The translations under genes were made by a program, and so were the position numbers. A model generated the notes under the pieces. The model had not been told where the DNA came from. It worked only from the letters and a program-made list of their open reading frames with translations, and did no database searches. A stretch of DNA of 63,647 bases, counting the filler, from Choristocarpus tenellus KU-1152 (taxonomy: Eukaryota; Protista; Phaeophyceae): NCBI GenBank assembly GCA_964200185.2. It is 11 parts of 11 records of this genome, joined end to end, with 100 filler letters (N's around TTAATTAATTAA, not from the genome) between each part and the next. Parts side by side here need not be neighbours in the genome. Positions count along the whole stretch, not along the records: positions 12,606 to 15,345 come from CAXNAD020025162.1; positions 15,446 to 22,018 come from CAXNAD020007841.1; positions 22,119 to 28,269 come from CAXNAD020008818.1; 8 more parts are not named here. One strand, 5' to 3'. Below, one piece after another: positions 12,606 through 25,818 of the stretch; within the stretch, counting starts at the first letter, position 1; each line of letters opens with the position of its first letter.

Positions 12606-15293
12606 GGATCTGGCATGCTGGTTCCAGAAGTTGAGTCGAGGCCCACGCATTTGCCCCTTGTCCACACTGGCTCTGGTGGCGCGCTAGGGCCAATGAGGGC
12701 CTCTACCCCCCTTGGTGTGCCTCGCTTGGAAGGCCGCCCAGTAGTTTCCTGAAGGAGTGAAAAAACGGATCTTGTTCCTGAGCCGTGTGATCTCATGTTG
12801 AGCCCTCCTTGTGATCCTGGCGCCATGAGCAGCTAGGATATGTACCTCTGTGGGGCAGGTGCAGGGAGTGTTGTCCCCCCCCAGGTTACCCAGTCTTGGC
12901 CAATGATTTCTGCAAGTTCTTCTAAAGGGATACCTGTGGAAGGGAGGGAGTGAATGGATGATCCTAAGACCTATATGGTGGGACTCGTGTAGATAGCTTG
13001 CGAGAAGGACTCGCCATGAGGCCTTTGTTGCCTTACGAGGAGGGTGGGGAGAGTAGCCACCAGTGATCCTACGAAGGCCGCATGTTGGCGGTGAATCATA
13101 GAGGAGAGGCCCAGATCCCCCGCACTTGTGGACATCTGTGCCTGTACTTGTTGGTGGGTCTCTAGATGGAGAGACCCATTGTTACACCCTCCTTAAAATA
13201 AATCTGTATCCTCTGTTGAGTCTTCCACCTCAATTATCCTCTCAAGTGTCCATAGTGAGGTGTTGTCTGCTTGCTCCATGGTGGAGCGTGCCAGGAGGGG
13301 AGGAGTGACCCTCGCAATATAGCCTAGCCGGGAGGAGAGGGACCAGGAGTTGAGGAGCCAGGCCACCTGTTTGTCCTCCATCTCGCTGAGGTGCGTGGCC
13401 AAAGCCCTTCTCCCAGAGCTCTCGATCAACTCAGCCATATGAGCTTCAATAAAACCATCTGTTCCTACAGGAGCCCCTAATGAGACAAAACCATTGGGGT
13501 TCGGGGCTAGGTTGATTCCCGCTGCAGAAAGGAGCTCCAGTTCCGAGGGCATGGGTCGGTGGCCCTGGGGAGGTGCGGCAAAGGTCTTGTCCATATTTAG
13601 GTCAATGCCTACCTCATGGAGGTCAGTTTTTAACCGCTCAAAAGCAGCGATGGTGTCAGGGCCGACCACCCTTGCAGATATGGACGTGTCGTCCAGATAG
13701 CTCCAGGAGGAAATCCCTCTGGGTCCAAAACCGATTGGACCTGTTGCAAGGCCTTGTGTGTTGCCATGCAATATAAGAGTGGGCCCAGTGGGTCTCCCTG
13801 TTGTGCCCCAGTTCTTGATGGCAGGATCTCCATCCCTCCCTAATCCAGGGGGAAAAGAAGATTGCGGGTGTCCCCATATACCTTGGAGACATAAGAGTCA
13901 AAGTATCTTAGAGGGTAGAGCCATGTCCATTTGGGGGCCAAAATCTAATGTTGCGATTTTGATGTAATGTTGGCTGCATGTTTGTTAGGAAGTGTCAATA
14001 TCATTATTCCAGACATTCCTTTTCATAACATACACATTTTGCCTATTCAAAACGTTTCGGAGTAGGTAGAATGTCATAAAAAGCCCAAGGGAAGCCAACC
14101 CAAAACGGACAAACAGGGCAAAACTTGTATCCTCCAAGATACTTTCACTCGTAAGGCAGGAGTCCTGGTAGAGTCTCTGGGAGGGCTTGTACGAAAGCTG
14201 AGCGACGAATGCTGTTGAAAGCATTCCTTCCGCCCAAACTGATGACCCATTCTCCGCATTCATTCCTTAGGCGGATATCTAGGAGTGCATGTTCTACTCA
14301 ACTTGGGACCCCAACGCCAAATTGTCCTACTCCACCAAAAAATTCCTCCAGGTAGGGACGCCAGTCTGTGCAGAAAGCTGAAGCACATGCCCTTCTGAGA
14401 AAAGAACTGCAGGCAACTGGGCGGCACTTCTCCCCAATTACGAACAGTCTGGAGTTTGTGTGAAGTGTCCAGAACTCTAGGGGTAGAGAGTCCGGGGAGG
14501 TGTAGGCTAGCTCCCAAAGTTTTGCAAAAGCCTCCGCCACTTCTTCGTGACTAACATATGTCGTGATGGCTGATCTGATGTGTGTAGGGCGCATTCCATT
14601 AGGACCTGCTGCCGAGTTGCTGTTAGCCCTCATGAAGGCTGTTCGAAGGGAGGTGGGGGTGTACTTCCCTTCAGGGGGGCAGTACCTTTGTTCCCCAGGT
14701 CTTGCATTCCCTTATACCCTGTCTTTTGCGTCTGTGATGGCCTGCCTAAGCTCGTCCTGGTTCTCGCTCGGGTGTTGAGGGACCAGTACACTGAAAGTCT
14801 CCTCCGTCCCCAGGACTCTGGGTTGTGCTAGGAGCACGCTCGCCCCCTTGGAAATTCCTCCATGGTAGTGACCTAGAGCTGCAGCGCGTTCCTGGCAGGA
14901 TTTGGGGTCCTCTCCAGGGGCCTCCCTACGTCTGCTGGTCCTCTGGGATCGTTCTTGTAGCCATGCAACTAGCTCTTGGATGTTCCCTGAAGCCACCCGG
15001 GCAAACCTCTCCTCACTCGAGAACTTTTCATCATTTGCCAGTAAGAGACCAGATATCATGTGGATGAGTTTGGACGCTCTGATGACCTCTATTGTTGGTG
15101 TCTCCCCCTCCAGCCTTGGGGCAGTTACCTCATGTATCAGGAGATCCACTGTGTGCATGAGGGCGATTGCGTGGGGGACACGGAACCTGCCCGGGACCTT
15201 CTTAACTGTGGTGATGTTTACCCACTCCAGGGTCTCCATCTCGACTTGGTTAAGAGCAGAAGCTACACTCGGGGTGTGAACCCCCCAAGGTAG
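12606..15293 (-). mobile_element. CRE-like (early-branching) non-LTR retrotransposon, degraded RT ORF, truncated by contig ends
   Basis: RT motifs in order: SAAGPNGMR, KCRPVACSSFLRR, GQFGVGVP, NAFNSIRR, GAQQGDPLGPLLYC, SYLDDTSI, LGAPVGT, LGYIARVTPP. Contains frameshifts and stops and is interrupted by a MITE. Confidence 0.85.
13895..14150. mobile_element. MITE family 1 copy B, inserted in the RT ORF
   Basis: GAGTCAAAGTATCTTAGAGGGTA...CCTCCAAGATACTTTCACTC; TSD ATAA/GTAA (consistent with CpG decay). Removing it restores the RT frame PGLLPY-VSKVYG. Confidence 0.95.
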
Positions 15294-16219
15294 ACGTGCA
15301 TGTAGTGGTAGGTGGCCTGGATTTTCTGTAGAGGGGGGGGGTTAGNNNNNNNNNNNNNNNNNNNNNNNNNNNNNNNNNNNNNNNNNNNNTTAATTAATTA
15401 ANNNNNNNNNNNNNNNNNNNNNNNNNNNNNNNNNNNNNNNNNNNNTTTTTTTTTTTGTTAAATTTAAAAACCCCAAACGACCAAAAAAAACAAAAAAAAA
15501 AAGGAAAAAAAAAGCCCCCACCCCCCCCCCCCCCAAAAAAAAAAAAAAAAAAAAAAAAAAAACTTTTGACCCTACCCATTGCTTGAATCGCTGTGGAGGG
15601 TTGGTCCACGTGTCTGTAACGGTTTGACCCAGGTGCCCCAATGAAGGATCAAAGCGATCCTGTGGTTGCAGAGGAGGTTTGTACTTGTGCTTTCCTTTTC
15701 ATGACACCATTAAAAACACACCGCCTCTACGTCTTAAACAGGGCACCTTATTTCAATCCTTTAAAAAAATATATATATATATATATATCTTAAGTCAGTG
15801 TTTCCACCAATTAAACAGCCTCTGTCATAATTCTCGCGACAAACGGGGACGCACTTGCCCTGCAAACTTTTTCTAATCAAACATTCCAATTCTGAAACCG
15901 CTCGTCCACGAATGTTGATCCGGGAAGCAGCAACTGCAACAGCACAGAATGCACGTGGGATAGATAAACTTGAAGGGACGCAACCGTGAAAGGCACTGGA
16001 GAAAGTGTGTTCGCAGAGGCCAGCATCTTTGCACTGTCCCCAATATACTGAATGTGATTGTGCTCAAAGCGTATTCATGACAACTATTAATATTGTATCC
16101 CCCACCCCTCTGTGCTCATCCTGTGTGTGTGTGTGTGTATGTGTGTGTGCATATACAGCTCCTCTACTTTCTTTTCCTTGCTTTTTCTTTCTGTTGTTAT
16201 TTTTTATTATTATTACTAG

Positions 16220-16348
16220 ATGCACTTGAAGGGACGCAACCATGAAAGGCACTGGAGAAAGTGCTTACACAGGCGAACGGCTTTCCTCTCCGGATATGAA
16301 CAAATACACCACAAAATATTTAACTCTGAAAAAAATACTTTGGAGTAG
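16220..16348 (+). CDS. Putative terminal exon carrying the C-terminal half of a matrin/U1-type C2H2 zinc finger (HLKGRNH)
   Basis: CTAG acceptor then MHLKGRNHERHWRKCLHRRTAFLSGYEQIHHKIFNSEKNTLE*; a diverged duplicate lies at 15964-16080. Confidence 0.45.
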   Translation: MHLKGRNHERHWRKCLHRRTAFLSGYEQIHHKIFNSEKNTLE

Positions 16349-16372
16349 TTGTTCACGTTGCTACCTAACACG

Positions 16373-16580
16373 CATTTAGACTACACTATAGCAGGGACAT
16401 TTAGACTACACTATAGCAGGGACATTTAGACTACACTATAGCAGGGACATTTAGACTACACTATAGCAGGGACGTTTAGACTACACTGTAGCAGGGACAT
16501 TTAGACTACACTATAGCAGGGACGTTTAGACTACACTATAGCAGGGACATTTAGACTACACTATAGCAGGGACGTTTAAG
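16373..16580. repeat. 25-bp minisatellite x8
   Basis: Unit CTACACTATAGCAGGGAC(A/G)TTTAGA starting at 16381, 16406 ... 16556; no spacers. Confidence 0.98.
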
Positions 16581-19271
16581 CTCTGGCGCACACCTTTACA
16601 GACACACACCTTTATAGACAGCGAGAGGCTCTCCCTCCCATCGCCTGATTTGTCAGAGCTATCCTCAACCCCCCCACCGTTAGGGCCCTGCCACCTTGTC
16701 ACCGATTGCAGGGAATAACGCCATCCTGGCCAGACTTCGCCTTCCCCTTCCCCACCTTTTCTGCGCTTGTTCTCTGTGGCGAGATTCAAGTGCCAAAAAA
16801 AAGAAGGAGGTAAGTGCAAGCGAGGGTTTAATAGAACATGGGGAAGGCGGCATCAACATGTCAGGACAAACTACTGCTTGGCGACAGTTGAGAGAGAGAG
16901 AGAGAGAGAGAGAAGGCCTCCTGGTCCCGATGAACTGAGAACAAGGCAAGCGAGCTCTTCAGCACCCTTCAAGTCGCATCGTCGACAGGTCTTACCTACA
17001 TCATACAAATGTTTGTCTCCAACATGGATGCATGAAATTCAGGATTTTCTTCCTTGTACATGTGGGTACAGCTAGGCTGTGTGTAGGGTACTTGGGCCAT
17101 GTTCGTTGTCGAGAGCAGTCATGTGCATGCCAATCCCCCCAAAACACCCAGAAGAACTTCCTTCGATATCCTAAAAAGGTGTCGCCCATATCGCATGTTA
17201 GATTCTTCTTTTCTTCACATACGCCAACCCCTCCTACATCCTACCCACATAGAGATGCAGGCAACATCTACGGTATACACCACTGAAGATACATTTCAAA
17301 AAGACAGGCCCGCAGGAAAAGTGTCCATACCCATCATCCAAGACACGGGTGGACCACCATACTACACACACACACACACACCATGAATAAAGAAGCGAAA
17401 TCTGTCCACACTCCAGATATACCTTCCAACAGCACCTGCACCTCAGCCCAGGGGCAGAAGGAGCGGTGTTCCGCCACAGGGTCCATGGGCTTTACCAGAT
17501 CACCAGACAGGCGTCTCCTCTTTCGGTTTTGGATGTCACTTGTAGAGATAATGGCGTTATGATTGCTTCCTCCCTTGTCTCCGGTGCCACAACTGGAGAC
17601 ATCAGCCCCTGTGTTCCCTGGACCCGACCTAGTAGGCCCAGCAGGGCTAAGGCAAAGGAAATTCTCAGTGGCTAAGCGGCGGTCACAGAGGGCACAACAG
17701 AGGCGGGGTTTGCCTCCTCCAGGGGAGGGGCTGCCAGCCATCTGAGGGATTGAATCAACTGCACGCCAGCCAAACACTGCTATTGCTGCTGCTTTACCCA
17801 AGATGTCATCCCCCAAATTATGCAGAAGACTAACTGCCCCCTTTCCCCCACCCTTCTCCTGAACGCTGCTATCCTTGCTCCCAACTCCACGGCATCCCCT
17901 TGATGAGGCATCACCAACGCCTGCATTGGCAACCTCCTTGTCCCTCACCTCTCCCTTAATGCCTCTTACCTTAGCAGCTAGCCTTTCTAATCCCCCAGGA
18001 CAGTACTCGGCAAAGCTTGCTGGTAGTGCAACTTCAGGCAAGGCTCCAGCCTGGGCCAGAGGGAGGAGGCTGTCGAAGCGGGCAAGAAGACCTGGATTGG
18101 AATGTACCCAGGGTGCAAGGTGCGCAGCAAATAAGATCAACAACATAGCAATGTGCTTATTTTTCCTGTTAGTAATGAAAATGGGAGAAGAAGAGCTGAC
18201 AGGTGTGACCCTGGTTACTCCTTTTTCCTTGGGCCATACATATACATACAAAAAAGATACATGCTAAATGAGGACTGGAGCTCACCGCGCCGTAGATCTT
18301 CGTCTGCCATGGTTGGTAGTTTCAGAAAATCTTCCGAGCACGGGTTGCCGGCCCAAGGACAGATATCATCATGACCCGAGGACAGACGTGCGGCGAACGA
18401 TGTGCATTCAGAGCCAGAAAATGATGTCGAACCCTTATTAGAACCTGGGAAAGTAAGCCTTACTGCGCAGCTACGATGCAATGGCAGTGACGGGCATTCA
18501 GGGTTGGGGGAGGAGGGGGAGGCGTTGCACAGATAGAAAGCGATTGAGAGATATTGTAGTTAAAGTTTGTGGAGAACGTTTCTTGGCGTTAAGGTATCGG
18601 AACCAAGGTGCATAGTGAAGTACACGAAATCTAGAGTGCCCTGTAGCTACGGCCTTGTACTGCGGTCAATTTTTATCTTTGAACAGAGCTAAGAATGATG
18701 CCCACGGCCTGAATGCTGCAGCAGTCGAAGCCATCACCCCCAGGGCCTTACAATTCACAAGACAGTTCGTCCCTAGCGGTGTTCCTCCATCCGTATCTTG
18801 CACACACAAGGGGAGAGACAGCTTGTGGTTTGGCGAACCACCAGAGAGCCGTGAAAGTTCTCAGTCGAAGGGTGAAATCATTATAGTCCCACGGGCGGCA
18901 GCGAGGCCTGTCTGGAAAGCGAACGAGGACGGGCACGGTAGCAAAACGAACTCTGTGACTTAAGGGACAACTATGTGCAATGGGCATCAGGGTGATGGTG
19001 GATGGAAAAGAGAACCGTAAAACAAAGCGAATTATCTTGTTAGTAATACCTTAGCACATTAGCACCCCATAGTCGCAATTTATCACCCACCGTGATCATG
19101 CTCGTCAAGCCTGGACACGATTCGGTTTGCTAACTCCTCCAGGTACTCCCTCCTCGTTGGTTTCTCTTGAGCACCGAGTGGATCCTTCTCACCCCCGAGT
19201 GTGCCCGTACGCACAGCTTCGTCGAAGTGGGATAAAGCCCGATCGACCTGTTCACCTAGATCCTCCCTCAT
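16556..19271 (-). CDS. ZC3HC1: NIPA/ZC3HC1-like protein (C3HC zinc finger + Rsm1-like domain), 5 exons
   Basis: Exons ~19271-19087, ~18954-18752, 18470-18286, 18091-17423, 16773-16556 splice in phase. Motifs CRPWD..RLRTFT..WFAKPQAVSPLVCARYGW, SCEFC, GHDDICPW, AVFGW, CALCDRR, DPVAEHRSFCPW, PGW. Confidence 0.9.
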
Positions 19272-19481
19272 AAGTGCTTGTTGTGGTTTGTGGGATGTGG
19301 GATGTGGGATGTGGGTTATGGGTTATGTGTAATGAAAAATAGGGATTGAAACGGTATTTTGTATTTTGTTGACAGTTGAGAATGTGTCACATGATGGATA
19401 CCCATCTACACGAGGAAAGAGGAGGTACATTAAGGCACGTAATTTCCATATCCAGGTCTGCTGTCTTCCACAGACAGTGAC
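19272..19481. promoter_or_regulatory. Putative bidirectional promoter
   Basis: 210 bp between divergent start codons; contains a short TGTGGGA repeat run near 19289-19315. Confidence 0.5.
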
Positions 19482-21193
19482 ATGGCTGGCACAGGGCCAT
19501 GCTTTGCAGTGCTGGCTTTGACAGCATTGCCATTGCCAGCAATGGGGTTCAACTCCCAGCCTCACCCAACTCCCTACCCCATCAAGTCCAAAATGTTTCG
19601 ACATAGACTTGTCATCAAAGCGGTCCAAGGTTCCGGTGGGGAGCTTCGACAAGCCTTATCCAGCAAAACGAGTAAAGGACCTTTTCGACTGATGAAAACG
19701 GGTACATCGGTGGAGCTGCAGACCGCGTCGTACACCTTGGTTTGCCCTTCCCCTTCCCAAGTTCCTGGGGGGAGGGTCCCATCTAGGGCGGATGATGACA
19801 TGGTTCCGGGGTCGTTATTCTCTACTTTTGGAATGAAAGAAGGTGAAATCCAGGAAGATGTGAAGGTTGACTTGATCTCTATGGTCCATGTTGGGGACTC
19901 AGCGTACTATCGTGACATTGTAAGGGATGCAGAGGGCTATGATCGGGTTCTTTTTGAGTTGATCGTGGGGACAGATGTGGTGAGCAAGGACGACGAGGGA
20001 AGAAGAAAAATCGTGGAGCGGGTGTACCCCACCAGGGATCAGGTATGGGGTGGGTAAATAGAAGTTGATTTTCTTTCCTAGCGAACATGGGGCAATGTCT
20101 GCCAACGAGCGTTCCTTACCGTATTGTGTACATAATTTGGTCTTCCCCGGCACGTTTCTCTGAGTTTTTTTTCCTTGTTGCATTGTGCATTATCGCATTT
20201 GCCATAACAAGTGGTCCTTTGATTAGTGCCTTATCTCGAGCAGAGTCTGATGAAGACCTTGTCGTTTTCTTATGAGACAAGCAAAGCCCTGACAGGCCCT
20301 GAGACGTGAGCACGAAAAAAAGTGCATCTAACCAAAGTTCTTCCACTGAGCAGTGACACGTGACAGTGTGTTCTACTGCGTCATGCCTATTCTTTTCCGC
20401 GTTTAATACCGGTGAGGAAGTTTCGGAATTGTCTCCAGGTAATTTTTCTCTATTTTTCGCATCACTGTCCTTACATTTTATACCCTTTCTCTATCCTATC
20501 TGCGCTCCTGCGTTCTTGGATCTCCCAAGGAACTCCTGGCACAAAGCTATGGGCTGTTTGCCCAATTGGACTGCCTCAACTACCGCCTCCTCTGCAATGA
20601 AGTCCGCCCCAACAGCAAGGGTCCCGCGTGGTTTCTGGCCGACCTTAATCGAAGCGAGATTCAAGAAATGCAAGCTGAAATGGGGGAGAAGCAGCTGGGA
20701 GAGTCCAGATGGCAAGAGTTTGTGGGGGAGGTGCGAGAAACACCATCTCGTAACCTGTATCCCTAATTAAATGCACGATCACGCACACCTCATTGCTACC
20801 ATCCCCCCCCCCCCCCCCCTCATTTTTCCTCCTTGAGTATCTTTCACAAGCCAAAACCCTCAAATAGTAGGGTTAGGGTTAGGTCCTTCCGTAGCACACA
20901 CCTCTCGAAACAAACTGTTACCACTGCTCAGGCAAAACACATGCAAGGGTGTGTCTATGACGTGGTCATGACCTCGTTATGCAATGGCGATGCCAGGTGA
21001 CTCGAGGGCTCTTGGTGGGCAGGAACACGGCGATAGGTCGCAGAGGGCGGAAAAATTCCAACCGAGAGGTGATGCCCCCACTGTATTTTAGGGCACTGGA
21101 TGGGCCCTCCCTGATCATCCGTGCTTTGTTGTGGCTAACTCCCTGCCCTGAGGCGGAGATCATGCTACTGGATTGGGCAAGAACATACCCCAG
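19482..21193 (+). CDS. Conserved algal/plant uncharacterised protein with bipartite plastid-targeting presequence (partial)
   Basis: Exons 19482-20042, 20530-20730, 20997-21193 in phase. Signal peptide ending AMG-F; motifs ELQTA, VDLISMVHVGDSAYY, YDRVLFELIVG, AQLDCLNY, WFLADL, LLWLTPCPE. Confidence 0.75.
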
Positions 21194-21579
21194 GTGGAAG
21201 CCAAGTTGCTATCGGCGTGCAATCCCTCTCCGTATCATACATCATTTTCTCCAAATGTTAAAGAGGAAGCTGTTTTTCCTCAACTTGGTATTGGGAATAT
21301 AAGGGGAGTGGATGTGCGCTCAGATTCCTGCCACCGAAAAGACCTCCTCAGTCTCCAGCGCTGGATTCCTTGTCTTGCCTTTCCACTCTCAGTGGTTGAC
21401 TGTCCCAAGTGCCCCCAGAATCATCTCCCTGCCTTTGCCAGCTCTGACCTTTATCCTTTCCTCCAGCCTTTTTGGTAAATGTATGCAGTCTACATTCCCT
21501 TCTTCTATCCATGATGTGCTTCACTCAAGAGTACATTGTGCGTAGCATTCAACCTCCAGCCTCTCCCACTCTTAACCCA

Positions 21580-21620
<41 letters not shown>

Positions 21621-22827
21621 TCATGCCAGACATTTTTTACTTTTTTTTTTTTGAGGGGGGGGGGGAGGGGGGGTTGGAATTTTGATATCATTACTNNNNN
21701 NNNNNTTTTTTTTTTTTTTTTTTTGTGTGGGGGGGGTGGGGAGGCCGGCTTGGAATTCTGATATCATTACTGTACGCTGGTGGTAACTCTCTTGGGCCCT
21801 GCAAGCGCAGGGAGGAGGGGAGGAAAGGATGGAGGTGTTTTGGCATGAAGGTAACCTAAGTATATCTGTTAGTGGGCAGACTTGCAACGATGTTCGTACC
21901 AACATACAATAATAAGAAGAATAAATGCAGCCTTGCCCCATTCCCCCCCCCCTCCCCTACGTTTTGGTGACTTCTGCCTTCCCGCTACCCCCGCCGTTTT
22001 TTGCTCAGGGCTGGGGGGNNNNNNNNNNNNNNNNNNNNNNNNNNNNNNNNNNNNNNNNNNNNTTAATTAATTAANNNNNNNNNNNNNNNNNNNNNNNNNN
22101 NNNNNNNNNNNNNNNNNNGGGAGCTAAGGAAGCATCCCAAGAATCCAACAGACCTCTCCGTGCCCATCTCCCTAGTTACTCCAGCTTAAAACGTCCTTGT
22201 CGCTTGTTATTGGATTCAGGTATCCCACCTCCTCACTCTTTCTCTTCCCTCGATTCTTGTTCATTTGATGGTGGTCCGCAATGAATCCTGGTCACATTAT
22301 TCTAGTTTTCTACACATTTTTGTGGTAAGGTGGACGTTCATAACTCAATCACAACAGATTGAACCAGATTAGCGTATTGAGTTGTACAGGTGTAGAATTA
22401 CCACGTCGACATACAATAAATCTAAAATAGACTTTCCCAAGAATGTTGGCCCTTGATAACGACTAAGTCAATAGTTGTCTAAATGGACAAATGGGAAACG
22501 CTCCGTTTATAAGGTACGTACATGAGGGGTTGCAAGAATATATGTAAGGCAAACTTTGTGGAGTGAGGTTGTAGTGGAGACACATATTCACAACAATATA
22601 TCCTATACAAGTCTTGTAAGGGCCTCATTTTTTCCAGAAAGCCTTAACAAGATATAGAACCAAAGATTTGTTGTATAACTAATCCCTACTTTACCACCAC
22701 TGCCAACTTCGAGTTTTTGAGAACGGGCAGGGAAACAGTGGAAGGAGAGACTAACTTAAAGCGCTTGGACCAGAAAATCCCCGACATAGAAAGCCGTACA
22801 AAAGTCGCGTGTAACAGCTAGGACTCA

Positions 22828-22918
22828 ATGGCGGAGTTTTCTGGAGGGGGGGCTGGAAAGAAGGGAGGGGGGAGGTCTGGCGAAGGGGCCAGGAACTCAC
22901 AGATCTCTAAGCCCATGG
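22828..22918 (+). CDS. Candidate first exon of the PAK-like gene
   Basis: MAEFSGGGAGKKGGGRSGEGARNSQISKPM then G|GTGAGG donor. Its phase requires an unidentified intervening exon. Confidence 0.4.
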
Positions 22919-25818
22919 GTGAGGGAATAAGCTAGAGACGAAACCTTCGGACCTAGCAGTGAAGAATTCTGTGGTATTATGCTTGCCTGCTTGACTGCTG
23001 TGGTTATCTATGCGGAATACCACTAGAGTATTTAACTAGCACGTACCTTCTCTTAAAGGAGCCTTGACATTGTTAACGGACTGTTGTTGGTTAGGCGATT
23101 GCGCGGCCGAGGCCCGTGTGTTATCTGTATTTCACAGACTATGGAGTCTTTGTTTGAGAGCATCGTCGATTTGAAGTCCAGCCTGGTTATACCTTGCTGT
23201 TCGTCCTGTATGCCCCAAAAGAAAGTCCCTTTGTCACTTTCTTGGCTGCAGAGGCGAAAACGTTGTAAGCAGTTGCAGATTGTGCACGCACAGGGGCATA
23301 TTGTTTGACAAGTCATTTGGGGAATTCAGAATTGTATCCAGGGCCTTGGTAAGATCTATCTTTTAATGTTTCAATGACCACGTTTGGGATCCCTTCGATA
23401 TATTTGAAACATTGATCGCTTGCACCTGTCCGCCTTGTGGCTCCCTCGACAGATGTACAGAAGCACCTGCACGTCGAGTGGGATCCCACCTCCGGTACAT
23501 TTAAGGCGAGAAAATGCTAAGCACACGTGTTTCTTCGTCGTGCATCTATCCCTCGTCGCACTTATTTCTGAGGGACTGATACTCTTACTTTTGCTCCTTC
23601 TTTTGTGAGGCACCCTGGCTGCATCCCTTCAGTGGGATGATTAGCGGCAGTGTTAACTGACATTTTATTTCTTGTGGTTTATAATAGGTTACGAAGGAGG
23701 ATTTGGCGGATGGAACAACTTGGCCTTACGTAACCAGCACATCGCAGTCACGTCCACTTTGACACTGGCATTTTTCTCGCCATTGCGCATTATCTTCTCT
23801 CCCCCTATTTGTACCCTCCGACCTCTTAACCCCCAAACCCCTTGATCTTTCCTTTTTCCCTAGCTCACCTCTAGATTAGCAAGTTTCCCTGTTTTAAAAC
23901 CCTAACGGTGTCACCCTTAAAATGTTGACCTGGGCTCACTCTTAACGGATAGGGCCTACCGAAGGAATGGGCAGAGCTCCTCCCCAAAGGCACAGCTGTT
24001 GAGACGTCCGCACTGAGCCCACAGGATAAGCACATTGCACCACCGGTGAGCTATAATGAAGTCAGGGAACATGGAGCCAGGGAGTGGGTGTGTACCGTAA
24101 CCTTTGCTCCATGTGCCAAGTGTGAATTGCTTGCCTATAAGCTATACCTATGACTTAATGTATTGGGTACACAGGCAATTATTGATAATAGACTAGTTGG
24201 CACCTCTGAGTCAACAAATTTTTCCTAGCGATTGATATGATATTCTTCGTAGAGTACAGTACTTGAATGTATGTCTTGGGTCAATCAGAACACTTTTGGT
24301 GCAATGGGGTGTGCCGTTGAAAGCTCTTATTGAATCGACCAAATTACGTGCTCAGGCGACCAAAAAAGGATTTCACTTAACATTTAGTGGTGTAAAGCTG
24401 GTACGCAAAGCTGCCCACGTGACAATGAGTCATTTGATGCTAGTGAAAAAATCACTTTTTCAAAATTACGTTTTTGTTCTGATAGTAAAATTTCCTGAGC
24501 TAATCCGTATCACTCACCACAGTTACAAAGCCTGTTACCCTAATGTTCTTGCTTAATAACCTGCCCCATTCTAGGGAACTCATACATCGAGTTAGAACCC
24601 ACCAATGACTGCACAAGCATGAATAGTTACCAACTGATGTATGTTGTAGCAGATAGGGGCTAGGCGTGTGTTTGTCCCTTTCGGGTTTAGTGCTGGGTCT
24701 CTTCGGGAACTGAGAGTGTAAGAGGAGAAAAAAAGCACGGAAACTCATTTGAAATTGATCACCCTTTTGTGTCTAACAGTGAAGGATGACTAGCACTACC
24801 TTCAGTAGAATGAACTATTGTTGTATGTAAAGGGGACAAAGTGTTACAATTATGTGCAGGTATGAGCACTGTGTTTAGAAAGCCCTCCAGGCCCATCCAT
24901 TTGTTTACATGGGTCAAACAGAGATGATGCCAAGTTTTTTTCACGACCTTTATATTTATTGCAGCAATAATGGTGTCCTGTTCCCACCTACCATATGTTA
25001 AGGAGTAGTGTCTGCCCCCTCCCCCCCCTCTTACTAGATATCTAGGATTTTCCTTCTACGCCACCTTTTGACTATACCCTCAGGCTAATGTAAATAGGCA
25101 TACTAAAATAAATCTGTACTATGAATCACTATTATGGTTCAAAACCCCTGTCTGTGTGCATACGTGTGAAAACCAGATGCCTTGAAGAGTGTGCAGGACC
25201 TCCAAATCATTGTATTGGTTGAAGGCCATTGGAAAATGGACAAAGCAGCAAACATGCTGCAGATATGGACATGACAGATGATTCACTGTTAAAGTTGCCC
25301 TTCCTTCTTCACAAGTTTACCATTGTGCTGTCACACCACTCCCTTCCTCCCCGCACTGTAAGGGGCCTCACATGCCAAAAAAATGAAGAATCTGTAAATA
25401 TGTTTGCAAAGTGATGTATATATCTAAAGGGGATCAACAATGTTGAGGTGCCGGATTCTCCCCTTATCCATCGCAGGAACAAAAAAACACACGAATGATA
25501 CCACCACTGTTCAGGAATGTGCTCTGTCAACATTTAACTGCACTGGGATCATTGATCATAATTAGTTAATTTTGGAATTGTAGTTGTGCCTTAGCGATTG
25601 GGATGGTGTGAAAATGTATGCTACCACAAAGAGTTCAAGGCTCCTAGATTTGGCTGAAAGAGACACTTCATAGTATCTGTGACAGTGAGACTGGTGGAGT
25701 AGGTGCTGACGCATTATTGCAACTGTGCATGTACGTTTTTCCCCATTAACCCCCTCCGTTCTCCCCCCACCCTTGCATATCCCTGTTTCTGTCAATCCCT
25801 GCACTTTTTTTTTTGCAG

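Noticed and set aside
13893-14153. TA (Tc1/mariner) or TTA (PIF/Harbinger) TSD reading of MITE copy B
   Set aside because: Four other copies show perfect non-TA 4-bp TSDs, so GTAA/ATAA is the consistent reading.
16373-16580. CRISPR-like array
   Set aside because: Contiguous 25-bp units with no spacers, eukaryotic context, no cas genes.
23053-23613. Antisense ORF fragments in the PAK intron with KIDLTKALDTIL (RT-like)
   Set aside because: No other RT motifs and several stops; too weak to call.
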